DNA of 64,000 nucleotides, from the NCBI GenBank assembly GCA_964057225.1, contig OZ059894.1, positions 372,001 to 436,000 on the forward strand, read 5' to 3'. Position numbers and translations under genes: made by a program. The notes beneath the pieces were generated by a model. The model was given only the letters and a program-made list of their open reading frames with translations. It was not told where the DNA came from and searched no databases. The first letter of the stretch is position 1; every line of letters starts with the position of its first letter. Positions 12,610-28,200 of this stretch are shown one piece after another. This stretch comes from Auanema rhodensis (lineage: Eukaryota > Animalia > Nematoda).

Positions 12610-15600
12610 ATGGGGATTCTAGTTTTGAAAACCGCATCTCTTTATCTTTCACGTGAAGCGAGTTACATACCAAGTGCACATCACGTGTACATTTAATTAG
12701 CATAAATTAAAGTTCACGTAAATTTCAAAGTCATGGTTATCATGAATTAATATCAATAAAAATTTGTTTTTGGACTAATATGGACATGGGGATTCTAGTT
12801 TTGAAAACCGCATCTCTTTATCTTTCACGTGAAGCGAGTTACATACCAAGTGCACATCACGTGTACATTTAATTAGCATAAATTAAAGTTCACGTAAATT
12901 TCAAAATCATGGTTATCATGAATTAATATCAATAAAAATTTGTTTTTGGACTAATATGGACATGGGGATTCTAGTTTTGAAAACCGCATCTCTTTATCTT
13001 TCACGTGAAGCGAGTTACATACCAAATGCACATCACGTGTACATTCAATTAGCATAAATTAAAGTTCACGTAAATTTCAAAATCATGGTTATCATGAATT
13101 AATATCAATAAAAATTTGTTTTTGGACTAATATGGACATGGGGATTCTAGTTTTGAAAACCGCATCTCTTTATCTTTCACGTGAAGCGAGTTACATACCA
13201 AGTGCACATCACGTGTACATTTAATTAGCATAAATTAAAGTTCACGTAAATTTCAAAGTCATGGTTACCATGCACCAATATAAATAAAAATTTGTTTTTA
13301 GACTAATATGGACATGGGGAATCTAATTTTGAAAACCGCATCTCTTTATCTTTCACGTGAAGCGAGTTACATACCAAGTGCACATCACGTGTACATTCAA
13401 TTAGCATAAATTAAAGTTCACGTAAATTTCAAAATCATGGTTATTATGAATTAATATCAATAAAAATTTGTTTTTGGACTAATATGGACATGGGGATTCT
13501 AATTTTGAAAACCGCATCTCTTTATCTTTCACGTGAAGCGAGTTACATACCAAGTGCACATCACGTGTACATTTAATTAGCATAAATTAAAGTTCACGTA
13601 ATTTTCAAAGACATGGTTACCATGAACCAATATCAATAAAAATTTGTTTTTAGACTAATATGGACATGGGGAATATAATTTTGAAAACCGCATCTCTTTA
13701 TCTTTCACGTGAAGCGAGTTACATACCAAGTGCACATCACGTGTACATTTAATTAGCATAAATTAAAGTTCACGTAAATTTCAAAGTCATGGTTACCATG
13801 CACCAATATCAATAAAAATTTGTTTTTAGACTAATATGGACATGGGGAATCTAATTTTGAAAACCGCATCTCTTTATCTTTCACGTGAAGCGAGTTACAT
13901 ACCAAGTGCACATCACGTGTACATTTAATTAGCATAAATTAAAGTTCACGTAAATTTCAAAGTCATGGTTACCATGAACCAATATCAATAAAATATTGTT
14001 TTTAGACTAATATGGACATGGGGAATCTAATTTCGAAAACCGCATCTCTTTATCTTTCACGTGAAGCGAGTTACATACCAAGTGCACATCACGTGTACAT
14101 TTAATTAGCATAAATTAAAGTTCACGTAAATTTCAAAGTCATGGTTACCATGAACCAATATCAATAAAAATTTGTTTTTAGACTAATATGGACATGGGGA
14201 ATCTAATTTTGAAAACCGCATCTCTTTATCTTTCACGTGAAGCGAGTTACATACCAAGTGCACATCTCGTGTACATTTAATTAGCATAAATTAAAGTTCA
14301 CGTAAATTTCAAAGTCATGGTTACCATGCACCAATATCAATAAAAATTTGTTTTTAGACTAATATGGACATGGGGAATCTAATTTTGAAAACCGCATCTC
14401 TTTATCTTTCACGTGAAGCGAGTTACATACCAAGTGCACATCACGTGTACATTTAATTAGCATAAATTAAAGTTCACGTAATTTTCAAAGACATGGTTAC
14501 CATGAACCAATATCACTAAAAGTTTGTTTTTAGACTAATATGGACATGGGGAATCTAATTTTGAAAACCGCATCTCTTTATCTTTCACGTGAAGCGAGTT
14601 ACATACCAAGTGCACATCACGTGTACATTTAATTAGCATAAATTAAAGTTCACGTAATTTTCAAAGACATGGTTACCATGAACCAATATCAATAAAAATT
14701 TGTTTTTAGACTAATATGGACATGGGGAATCTAATTTTAAAAACCGCATCTCTTTATCTTTCACGTGAAGCGAGTTACATACCAAGTGCACATCACGTGT
14801 ACATTTAATTAGCATAAATTAAAGTTCACGTAATTTTCAAAGACATGGTTACCATGAACCAATATCAATAAAAATTTGTTTTTAGACTAATATGGACATG
14901 GGGGATCTAATTTTGAAAACCGCATCTCTTCATCTTTCACGTGAAGCGAGTTACATACCAAGTGCACATCACGTGTACATTTAATTAGCATAAATTAAAG
15001 TTCACGTAAATTTCAAAGTCATGGTTACCATGAACCAATATCAATAAAAATTTGTTTTTAGACTAATATGGACATGGGGAATCTAGTTTTGAAAACCGCA
15101 TCTCTTTATCTTTCACGTGAAGCGAGTTACATACCAAGTGCACATCATGTGTACATTTAATTAGCATAAATTAAAGTTCACGTAAATTTCAAAGTCATGG
15201 TTACCATGAACCAATATCAATAAAAATTTTTTTTAGACTAATATGGACATGGGGAATCTAATTTTGAAAACCGCATCTCTTTATCTTTCACGTGAAGCGA
15301 GTTACATACCAAGTGCACATCACGTGTACATTTAATTAGCATAAATTAAAGTTCACGTAATTTTCAAAGTCATGGTTACCATGCACCAATATCAATAAAA
15401 ATTTGTTTTTAGACTAATATGGACATGGGGAATCTAATTTTGAAAACCGCATCTCTGTATCTTTCACGTGAAGCGAGTTACATACCAAGTGCACATCACG
15501 TGTACATTTAATTAGCATAAATTAAAGTTCACGTAATTTTCAAAGACATGGTTACCATGAACCAATATCAATAAAAATTTGTTTTTAGACTAATATGGAC

Positions 15601-18600
15601 ATGGGGGATCTAATTTTGAAAACCGCATCTCTTCATCTTTCACGTGAAGCGAGTTACATACCAAGTGCACATCACGTGTACATTTAATTAGCATAAATTA
15701 AAGTTCACGTAAATTTCAAAGTCATGGTTACCATGAACCAATATCAATAAAAATTTGTTTTTAGACTAATATGGACATGGGGAATCTAGTTTTGAAAACC
15801 GCATCTCTTTATCTTTCACGTGAAGCGAGTTACATACCAAGTGCACATCACGTGTACATTTAATTAGCATAAATTAAAGTTCACGTAAATTTCAAAGTCA
15901 TGGTTACCATGCACCAATATCAATAAAAATTTGTTTTTAGACTAATATGGACATGGGGAATCTAATTTTGAAAACCGCATCTCTGTATCTTTCACGTGAA
16001 GCGAGTTACATACCAAGTGCACATCACGTGTACATTTAATTAGCATAAATTAAAGTTCACGTAATTTTCAAAGACATGGTTACCATGAACCAATATCAAT
16101 AAAAATTTGTTTTTAGACTAATATGGACATGGGGGATCTAATTTTGAAAACCGCATCTCTTCATCTTTCACGTGAAGCGAGTTACATACCAAGTGCACAT
16201 CACGTGTACATTTAATTAGCATAAATTAAAGTTCACGTAAATTTCAAAGTCATGGTTACCATGAACCAATATCAATAAAAATTTGTTTTTAGACTAATAT
16301 GGACATGGGGAATCTAGTTTTGAAAACCGCATCTCTTTATCTTTCACGTGAAGCGAGTTACATACCAAGTGCACATCACGTGTACATTTAATTAGCATAA
16401 ATTAAAGTTCACGTAATTTTCAAAGTCATGGTTACCATGAACCAATATCAATAAAAATTTGTTTTTAGACTAACATGGACATGGGGAATCTGATTTTGAA
16501 AACCGCATCTCTTTATCTTTCACGTGAAGCGAGTTACATACCAAGTGCACATCACGTGTACATTTAATTAGCATAAATTAAAGTTCACGTAAATTTCAAA
16601 GTCATGGTTACCATGAACCAATATCAATAAAAATTTGTTTTTAGACTAATATGGACATGGGGAATCTAGTTTTGAAAACCGCATCTCTTTATCTTTCACG
16701 TGAAGCGAGTTACATACCAAGTGCACATCACGTGTACATTTAATTAGCATAAATTAAAGTTCACGTAAATTTCAAAGTCATGGTTACCATGCACCAATAT
16801 CAATAAAAATTTGTTTTTAGACTAATATGGACATGGGGAATCTAATTTTGAAAACCGCATCTCTTTATCTTTCACGTGAAGCGAGTTACATACCAAGTGC
16901 ACATCACGTGTACATTTAATTAGCATAAATTAAAGTTCACGTAAATTTCAAAGTCATGGTTACCATGCACCAATATCAATAAAAATTTGTTTTTAGACTA
17001 ATATGGACATGGGGAATCTAATTTTGAAAACCGCATCTCTTTATCTTTCACGTGAAGCGAGTTACATACCAAGTGCACATCACGTGTACATTTAATTAGC
17101 ATAAATTAAAGTTCACGTAATTTTCAAAGACATGGTTACCATGAACCAATATCAATAAAAATTTGTTTTTAGACTAATATGGACATGGGGAATCTAGTTT
17201 TGAAAACCGCATCTCTTTATCTTTCACGTGAAGCGAGTTACATACCAAGTGCACATCACGTGTACATTTAATTAGCATAAATTAAAGTTCACGTAAATTT
17301 CAAAGTCATGGTTACCATGCACCAATATCAATAAAAATTTGTTTTTAGACTAATATGGACATGGGGAATCTAGTTTTGAAAACCGCATCTCTTTATCTTT
17401 CACGTGAAGCGAGTTACATACCAAGTGCACATCACGTGTACATTTAATTAGCATAAATTAAAGTTCACGTAAATTTCAAAGTCATGGTTACCATGCACCA
17501 ATATCAATAAAAATTTGTTTTTAGACTAATATGGACATGGGGATTCTAGTTTTGAAAACCGCATCTCTTTATCTTTCACGTGAAGCGAGTTACATACCAA
17601 GTGCACATCACGTGTACATTTAATTAGCATAAATTAAAGTTCACGTAAATTTCAAAGTCATGGTTATCATGAATTAATATCAATAAAAATTTGTTTTTGG
17701 ACTAATATGGACATGGGGATTCTAGTTTTGAAAACCGCATCTCTTTATCTTTCACGTGAAGCGAGTTACATACCAAGTGCACATCACGTGTACATTTAAT
17801 TAGCATAAATTAAAGTTCACGTAAATTTCAAAATCATGGTTATCATGAATTAATATCAATAAAAATTTGTTTTTGGACTAATATGGACATGGGGATTCTA
17901 GTTTTGAAAACCGCATCTCTTTATCTTTCACGTGAAGCGAGTTACATACCAAATGCACATCACGTGTACATTCAATTAGCATAAATTAAAGTTCACGTAA
18001 ATTTCAAAATCATGGTTATCATGAATTAATATCAATAAAAATTTGTTTTTGGACTAATATGGACATGGGGATTCTAGTTTTGAAAACCGCATCTCTTTAT
18101 CTTTCACGTGAAGCGAGTTACATACCAAGTGCACATCACGTGTACATTTAATTAGCATAAATTAAAGTTCACGTAAATTTCAAAGTCATGGTTACCATGC
18201 ACCAATATAAATAAAAATTTGTTTTTAGACTAATATGGACATGGGGAATCTAATTTTGAAAACCGCATCTCTTTATCTTTCACGTGAAGCGAGTTACATA
18301 CCAAGTGCACATCACGTGTACATTCAATTAGCATAAATTAAAGTTCACGTAAATTTCAAAATCATGGTTATTATGAATTAATATCAATAAAAATTTGTTT
18401 TTGGACTAATATGGACATGGGGATTCTAATTTTGAAAACCGCATCTCTTTATCTTTCACGTGAAGCGAGTTACATACCAAGTGCACATCACGTGTACATT
18501 TAATTAGCATAAATTAAAGTTCACGTAATTTTCAAAGACATGGTTACCATGAACCAATATCAATAAAAATTTGTTTTTAGACTAATATGGACATGGGGAA

Positions 18601-21600
18601 TATAATTTTGAAAACCGCATCTCTTTATCTTTCACGTGAAGCGAGTTACATACCAAGTGCACATCACGTGTACATTTAATTAGCATAAATTAAAGTTCAC
18701 GTAAATTTCAAAGTCATGGTTACCATGCACCAATATCAATAAAAATTTGTTTTTAGACTAATATGGACATGGGGAATCTAATTTTGAAAACCGCATCTCT
18801 TTATCTTTCACGTGAAGCGAGTTACATACCAAGTGCACATCACGTGTACATTTAATTAGCATAAATTAAAGTTCACGTAAATTTCAAAGTCATGGTTACC
18901 ATGAACCAATATCAATAAAATATTGTTTTTAGACTAATATGGACATGGGGAATCTAATTTCGAAAACCGCATCTCTTTATCTTTCACGTGAAGCGAGTTA
19001 CATACCAAGTGCACATCACGTGTACATTTAATTAGCATAAATTAAAGTTCACGTAAATTTCAAAGTCATGGTTACCATGAACCAATATCAATAAAAATTT
19101 GTTTTTAGACTAATATGGACATGGGGAATCTAATTTTGAAAACCGCATCTCTTTATCTTTCACGTGAAGCGAGTTACATACCAAGTGCACATCTCGTGTA
19201 CATTTAATTAGCATAAATTAAAGTTCACGTAAATTTCAAAGTCATGGTTACCATGCACCAATATCAATAAAAATTTGTTTTTAGACTAATATGGACATGG
19301 GGAATCTAATTTTGAAAACCGCATCTCTTTATCTTTCACGTGAAGCGAGTTACATACCAAGTGCACATCACGTGTACATTTAATTAGCATAAATTAAAGT
19401 TCACGTAATTTTCAAAGACATGGTTACCATGAACCAATATCACTAAAAGTTTGTTTTTAGACTAATATGGACATGGGGAATCTAATTTTGAAAACCGCAT
19501 CTCTTTATCTTTCACGTGAAGCGAGTTACATACCAAGTGCACATCACGTGTACATTTAATTAGCATAAATTAAAGTTCACGTAATTTTCAAAGACATGGT
19601 TACCATGAACCAATATCAATAAAAATTTGTTTTTAGACTAATATGGACATGGGGAATCTAATTTTAAAAACCGCATCTCTTTATCTTTCACGTGAAGCGA
19701 GTTACATACCAAGTGCACATCACGTGTACATTTAATTAGCATAAATTAAAGTTCACGTAATTTTCAAAGACATGGTTACCATGAACCAATATCAATAAAA
19801 ATTTGTTTTTAGACTAATATGGACATGGGGGATCTAATTTTGAAAACCGCATCTCTTCATCTTTCACGTGAAGCGAGTTACATACCAAGTGCACATCACG
19901 TGTACATTTAATTAGCATAAATTAAAGTTCACGTAAATTTCAAAGTCATGGTTACCATGAACCAATATCAATAAAAATTTGTTTTTAGACTAATATGGAC
20001 ATGGGGGATCTAATTTTGAAAACCGCATCTCTTCATCTTTCACGTGAAGCGAGTTACATACCAAGTGCACATCACGTGTACATTTAATTAGCATAAATTA
20101 AAGTTCACGTAAATTTCAAAGTCATGGTTACCATGAACCAATATCAATAAAAATTTGTTTTTAGACTAATATGGACATGGGGAATCTAGTTTTGAAAACC
20201 GCATCTCTTTATCTTTCACGTGAAGCGAGTTACATACCAAGTGCACATCATGTGTACATTTAATTAGCATAAATTAAAGTTCACGTAAATTTCAAAGTCA
20301 TGGTTACCATGAACCAATATCAATAAAAATTTTTTTTAGACTAATATGGACATGGGGAATCTAATTTTGAAAACCGCATCTCTTTATCTTTCACGTGAAG
20401 CGAGTTACATACCAAGTGCACATCACGTGTACATTTAATTAGCATAAATTAAAGTTCACGTAATTTTCAAAGTCATGGTTACCATGCACCAATATCAATA
20501 AAAATTTGTTTTTAGACTAATATGGACATGGGGAATCTAATTTTGAAAACCGCATCTCTGTATCTTTCACGTGAAGCGAGTTACATACCAAGTGCACATC
20601 ACGTGTACATTTAATTAGCATAAATTAAAGTTCACGTAATTTTCAAAGACATGGTTACCATGAACCAATATCAATAAAAATTTGTTTTTAGACTAATATG
20701 GACATGGGGGATCTAATTTTGAAAACCGCATCTCTTTATCTATCACGTGAAGCGAGTTACATACCAAGTGCACATCACGTGTACATTTAATTAGCATAAA
20801 TTAAAGTTCACGTAAATTTCAAAGTCATGGTTACCATGAACCAATATCAATAAAAATTTGTTTTTAGACTAATATGGACATGGGGAATCTAGTTTTGAAA
20901 ACCGCATCTCTTTATCTTTCACGTGAAGCGAGTTACATACCAAGTGCACATCACGTGTACATTTAATTAGCATAAATTAAAGTTCACGTAAATTTCAAAG
21001 TCATGGTTACCATGCACCAATATCAATAAAAATTTGTTTTTAGACTAATATGGACATGGGGAATCTAATTTTGAAAACCGCATCTCTGTATCTTTCACGT
21101 GAAGCGAGTTACATACCAAGTGCACATCACGTGTACATTTAATTAGCATAAATTAAAGTTCACGTAATTTTCAAAGACATGGTTACCATGAACCAATATC
21201 AATAAAAATTTGTTTTTAGACTAATATGGACATGGGGGATCTAATTTTGAAAACCGCATCTCTTCATCTTTCACGTGAAGCGAGTTACATACCAAGTGCA
21301 CATCACGTGTACATTTAATTAGCATAAATTAAAGTTCACGTAAATTTCAAAGTCATGGTTACCATGAACCAATATCAATAAAAATTTGTTTTTAGACTAA
21401 TATGGACATGGGGAATCTAGTTTTGAAAACCGCATCTCTTTATCTTTCACGTGAAGCGAGTTACATACCAAGTGCACATCACGTGTACATTTAATTAGCA
21501 TAAATTAAAGTTCACGTAATTTTCAAAGTCATGGTTACCATGAACCAATATCAATAAAAATTTGTTTTTAGACTAACATGGACATGGGGAATCTGATTTT

Positions 21601-22270
21601 GAAAACCGCATCTCTTTATCTTTCACGTGAAGCGAGTTACATACCAAGTGCACATCACGTGTACATTTAATTAGCATAAATTAAAGTTCACGTAAATTTC
21701 AAAGTCATGGTTACCATGAACCAATATCAATAAAAATTTGTTTTTAGACTAATATGGACATGGGGAATCTAGTTTTGAAAACCGCATCTCTTTATCTTTC
21801 ACGTGAAGCGAGTTACATACCAAGTGCACATCACGTGTACATTTAATTAGCATAAATTAAAGTTCACGTAAATTTCAAAGTCATGGTTACCATGCACCAA
21901 TATCAATAAAAATTTGTTTTTAGACTAATATGGACATGGGGAATCTAATTTTGAAAACCGCATCTCTTTATCTTTCACGTGAAGCGAGTTACATACCAAG
22001 TGCACATCACGTGTACATTTAATTAGCATAAATTAAAGTTCACGTAAATTTCAAAGTCATGGTTACCATGCACCAATATCAATAAAAATTTGTTTTTAGA
22101 CTAATATGGACATGGGGAATCTAATTTTGAAAACCGCATCTCTTTATCTTTCACGTGAAGCGAGTTACATACCAAGTGCACATCACGTGTACATTTAATT
22201 AGCATAAATTAAAGTTCACGTAATTTTCAAAGACATGGTTACCATGAACCAATATCAATAAAAATTTGTT
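12610..22270 (+). repeat. Tandem 28/29-mer duplication (~4.9-5.1 kb x2)
   Basis: gaatataatt 13671/18598 and tatcactaaa 14511/19438 show offset 4927. taacatgg 16471/21574 shows offset 5103 after an extra monomer near 19890. Junction monomer at ~17524-17543. Confidence 0.83.
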
Positions 22271-25200
22271 TTTAGACTAATATGGATATGGGGAATCTAA
22301 TTTTGAAAACCGCATCTCTTTATCTTTCACGTGAAGCGAGTTACATACCAAGTGCACATCACGTGTACATTTAATTAGCATAAATTAAAGTTCACGTAAT
22401 TTTCAAAGACATGGTTACCATGAACCAATATCAATAAAAATTTGTTTTTAGACTAATATGGACATGGGGAATCTAATTTTGAAAACCGCATCTCTTTATC
22501 TTTCACGTGAAGCGAGTTACATACCAAGTGCACATCACGTGTACATTTAATTAGCATAAATTAAAGTTCACGTAAATTTCAAAGTCATGGTTACCATGAA
22601 CCAATATCAATAAAAATTTGTTTTTAGACTAATATGGACATGGGGAATCTAGTTTTGAAAACCGCATCTCTTTATCTTTCACGTGAAGCGAGTTACATAC
22701 CAAGTGCACATCACGTGTACATTTAATTAGCATAAATTAAAGTTCACGTAAATTTCAAAGTCATGGTTACCATGCACCAATATAAATAAAAATTTGTATT
22801 TAGACTAATATGGACATGGGGAATCTAATTTTGAAAACCGCATCTCTTTATCTTTCACGTGAAGCGAGTTACATACCAAGCGCACATCACGTGTACATTT
22901 AATTAGCATAAATTAAAGTTCACGTAAATTTCAAAGTCATGGTTACCATGAACCAATATCAATAAAAATTTGTTTTTAGACTAATATGGACATGGGGAAT
23001 CTAATTTTGAAAACCGCATCTCTTTATCTATCACGTGAAGCGAGTTACATACCAAGTGCACATCACGTGTACATTTAATTAGCATAAATTAAAGTTCACG
23101 TAAATTTCAAAATCATGGTTATCATGAATTAATATCAATAAAAATTTGTTTTTGGACTAATATGGACATGGGGATTCTAATTTTGAAAACCGCATCTCTT
23201 TATCTATCACGTGAAGCGAGTTACATACCAAGTGCACATCACGTGTACATTTAATTAGCATAAATTAAAGTTCACGTAATTTTCAAAGACATGGTTACCA
23301 TGAACCAATATCAATAAAAATTTGTTTTTAGACTAATATGGACATGGGGAATCTAATTTTGAAAACCGCATCTTTTTATCTTTCACGTGAAGCGAGTTAC
23401 ATACCAAGTGCACATCATGTGTACATTTAATTAGCATAAATTAAAGTTCACGTAAATTTCAAAGTCATGGTTACCATGAACCAATATCAATAAAAATTTT
23501 TTTTAGACTAATATGGACATGGGGAATCTAATTTTGAAAACCGCATCTCTTTATCTTTCACGTGAAGCGAGTTACATACCAAGTGCACATCACGTGTACA
23601 TTTAATTAGCATAAATTAAAGTTCACGTAATTTTCAAAGACATGGTTACCATGAATCAATATCAATAAAAATTTGTTTTTAGACTAATATGGACATGGGG
23701 AATCTAATTTTGAAAACCGCATCTCTTTATCTTTCACGTGAAGCGAGTTACATACCAAGTGCACATCACGTGTACATTTAATTAGCATAAATTAAAGTTC
23801 ACGTAAATTTCAAAGTCATGGTTACCATGAACCAATATCAATAAAAATTTGTTTTTAGACTAATATGGACATGGGAAATCTAGTTTTGAAAACCGCATCT
23901 CTTTATCTTTCACGTGAAGCGAGTTACATACCAAGTGCACATCACGTGTACATTTAATTAGCATAAATTAAAGTTCACGTAAATTTCAAAGTCATGGTTA
24001 CCATGCACCAATATAAATAAAAATTTGTATTTAGACTAATATGGACATGGGGAATCTAATTTTGAAAACCGCATCTCTTTATCTTTCACGTGAAGCGAGT
24101 TACATACCAAGCGCACATCACGTGTACATTTAATTAGCATAAATTAAAGTTCACGTAAATTTCAAAGTCATGGTTACCATGAACCAATATCAATAAAAAT
24201 TTGTTTTTAGACTAATATGGACATGGGGAATCTAATTTTGAAAACCGCATCTCTTTATCTTTCACGTGAAGCGAGTTACATACCAAGTGCACATCACGTG
24301 TACATTTAATTAGCATAAATTAAAGTTCACGTAAATTTCAAAATCATGGTTATCATGAATTAATATCAATAAAAATTTGTTTTTGGACTAATATGGACAT
24401 GGGGATTCTAATTTTGAAAACCGCATCTCTTTATCTATCACGTGAAGCGAGTTACATACCAAGTGCACATCACGTGTACATTTAATTAGCATAAATTAAA
24501 GTTCACGTAAATTTCAAAGTCATGGTTACCATGAACCAATATCAATAAAAATTTGTTTTTAGACTAATATGGACATGGGGAATCTAGTTTTGAAAACCGC
24601 ATCTCTTTATCTTTCACGTGAAGCGAGTTACATACCAAGTGCACATCACGTGTACATTTAATTAGCATAAATTAAAGTTCACGTAAATTTCAAAGTCATG
24701 GTTACCATGAACCAATATCAATAAAAATTTGTTTTTAGACTAATATGGACATGGGGAATCTAGTTTTGAAAACCGCATCTCTTTATCTTTCACGTGAAGC
24801 GAGTTACATACCAATTGCACATCACGTGTACATTTAATTAGCATAAATTAAAGTTCACGTAAATTTCAAAGTCATGGTTACCATGAACCAATATCAATAA
24901 AAATTTGTATTTAGACTAATATGGACATGGGGAATCTAATTTTGAAAACCGCATCTCTTTATCTTTCACGTGAAGCGAGTTACATACCAAGCGCACATCA
25001 CGTGTACATTTAATTAGCATAAATTAAAGTTCACGTAAATTTCAAAGTCATGGTTACCATGAACCAATATCAATAAAAATTTGTTTTTAGACTAATATGG
25101 ACATGGGGAATCTAATTTTGAAAACCGCATCTCTTTATCTATCACTTGAAGCGAGTTACATACCAAGTGCACATCACGTGTACATTTAATTAGCATAAAT

Positions 25201-28200
25201 TAAAGTTCACGTAAATTTCAAAATCATGGTTATCATGAATTAATATCAATAAAAATTTGTTTTTGGACTAATATGGACATGGGGATTCTAATTTTGAAAA
25301 CCGCATCTCTTTATCTATCACGTGAAGCGAGTTACATACCAAGTGCACATCACGTGTACATTTAATTAGCATAAATTAAAGTTCACGTAATTTTCAAAGA
25401 CATGGTTACCATGAACCAATATCAATAAAAATTTGTTTTTAGACTAATATGGACATGGGGAATCTAATTTTGAAAACCGCATCTTTTTATCTTTCACGTG
25501 AAGCGAGTTACATACCAAGTGCACATCATGTGTACATTTAATTAGCATAAATTAAAGTTCACGTAAATTTCAAAGTCATGGTTACCATGAACCAATATCA
25601 ATAAAAATTTTTTTTAGACTAATATGGACATGGGGAATCTAATTTTGAAAACCGCATCTCTTTATCTTTCACGTGAAGCGAGTTACATACCAAGTGCACA
25701 TCACGTGTACATTTAATTAGCATAAATTAAAGTTCACGTAATTTTCAAAGACATGGTTACCATGAATCAATATCAATAAAAATTTGTTTTTAGACTAATA
25801 TGGACATGGGGAATCTAATTTTGAAAACCGCATCTCTTTATCTTTCACGTGAAGCGAGTTACATACCAAGTGCACATCACGTGTACATTTAATTAGCATA
25901 AATTAAAGTTCACGTAAATTTCAAAGTCATGGTTACCATGAACCAATATCAATAAAAATTTGTTTTTAGACTAATATGGACATGGGAAATCTAGTTTTGA
26001 AAACCGCATCTCTTTATCTTTCACGTGAAGCGAGTTACATACCAAGTGCACATCACGTGTACATTTAATTAGCATAAATTAAAGTTCACGTAAATTTCAA
26101 AGTCATGGTTACCATGCACCAATATAAATAAAAATTTGTATTTAGACTAATATGGACATGGGGAATCTAATTTTGAAAACCGCATCTCTTTATCTTTCAC
26201 GTGAAGCGAGTTACATACCAAGCGCACATCACGTGTACATTTAATTAGCATAAATTAAAGTTCACGTAAATTTCAAAGTCATGGTTACCATGAACCAATA
26301 TCAATAAAAATTTGTTTTTAGACTAATATGGACATGGGGAATCTAATTTTGAAAACCGCATCTCTTTATCTTTCACGTGAAGCGAGTTACATACCAAGTG
26401 CACATCACGTGTACATTTAATTAGCATAAATTAAAGTTCACGTAAATTTCAAAATCATGGTTATCATGAATTAATATCAATAAAAATTTGTTTTTGGACT
26501 AATATGGACATGGGGATTCTAATTTTGAAAACCGCATCTCTTTATCTATCACGTGAAGCGAGTTACATACCAAGTGCACATCACGTGTACATTTAATTAG
26601 CATAAATTAAAGTTCACGTAAATTTCAAAGTCATGGTTACCATGAACCAATATCAATAAAAATTTGTTTTTAGACTAATATGGACATGGGGAATCTAATT
26701 TTGAAAACCGCATCTCTTTATCTTTCACGTGAAGCGAGTTACATACCAAATGCACATCACGTGTACATTTAATTAGCATAAATTAAAGTTCACGTTAATT
26801 TCAAAGTCATGGTTACCATGAACCAATATCAATAAAAATTTGTTTTTAGACTAATATGGACATGGGGAATCTAATTTTGAAAACCGCATCTCTTTATCTT
26901 TCACGTGAAGCGAGTTACATACCAAGTGCACATCACGTGTACATTTAATTAGCATAAATTAAAGTTCACGTAAATTTCAAAGTCATGGTTACCATGCACC
27001 AATATCAATAAAATATTGTTTTTAGACTAATATGGACATGGGGAATCTAATTTTGAAAACTGCATCTCTTTATCTTTCACGTGAAGCGAGTTACATACCA
27101 AGTGCACATCACGTGTACATTTTATTAGCATAAATTAAAGTTCACGTTATTTTCAAAGACATGGTTACCATGAACCAATATCAATAAAAATTTGTTTTTA
27201 GACTAATATGGACATGGGGAATCTAATTTTGAAAACCGCATCTCTTCATCTTTCACGTGAAGCGAGTTACATACCAAGTGCACATCACGTGTACATTTAA
27301 TTAGCATAAATTAATGTTCACGTAAATTTCAAAGTCATGGTTACCATGAACCAATATCAATAAAAATTTGTTTTTAGACTAATATGGACATGGGGAATCT
27401 AATTTTGAAAACCGCATCTCTTTATCTTTCACGTGAAGCGAGTTACATACCAAGTGCACATCACGTGTACATTTAATTAGCATAAATTAAAGTTCACGTA
27501 AATTTCAAAGTCATGGTTACCATGAACCAATATCAATAAAAATTTGTTTTTAGACTAATATCGACATGGGGAATCTAATTTTGAAAACCGCATCTCTTTA
27601 TCTTTCACGTGAAACGAGTTACATACCAAGTGCACATCACGTGTACATTTAATTAGCATAAATTAAAGTTCACGTAAATTTCAAAGTCATGGTTACCATG
27701 CACCAATATCAATAAAATATTGTTTTTAGACTAATATGGACATGGGGAATCTAATTTTGAAAACTGCATCTCTTTATCTTTCACGTGAAGCGAGTTACAT
27801 ACCAAGTGCACATCACGTGTACATTTAATTAGCATAAATTAAAGTTCACGTTATTTTCAAAGACATGGTTACCATGAACCAATATCAATAAAAATTTGTT
27901 TTTAGACTAATATGGACATGGGGAATCTAATTTTGAAAACCGCATCTCTTCATCTTTCACGTGAAGCGAGTTACATACCAAGTGCACATCACGTGTACAT
28001 TTAATTAGCATAAATTAAAGTTCACGTAAATTTCAAAGTCATGGTTACCATGAACCAATATCAATAAAAATTTGTTTTTAGACTAATATCGACATGGGGA
28101 ATCTAATTTTGAAAACCGCATCTCTTTATCTTTCACGTGAAACGAGTTACATACCAAGTGCACATCACGTGTACATTTAATTAGCATAAATTAAAGTTCA

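Larger units (their letters stand above)
1030..14830 (+). repeat. Copy 1 of a ~13.8-kb higher-order block duplication
   Basis: Rare variants recur in order at a fixed offset. Offset 20060: gactaacatg 1511/21571 and tatggatatg 2221/22281. Offset 20236: atctatcact 4901/25137, tatggtcatg 12251/32487, gaatataatt 13671/33907 and ctaattttaa 14731/34967. Ends are approximate. Confidence 0.9.
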
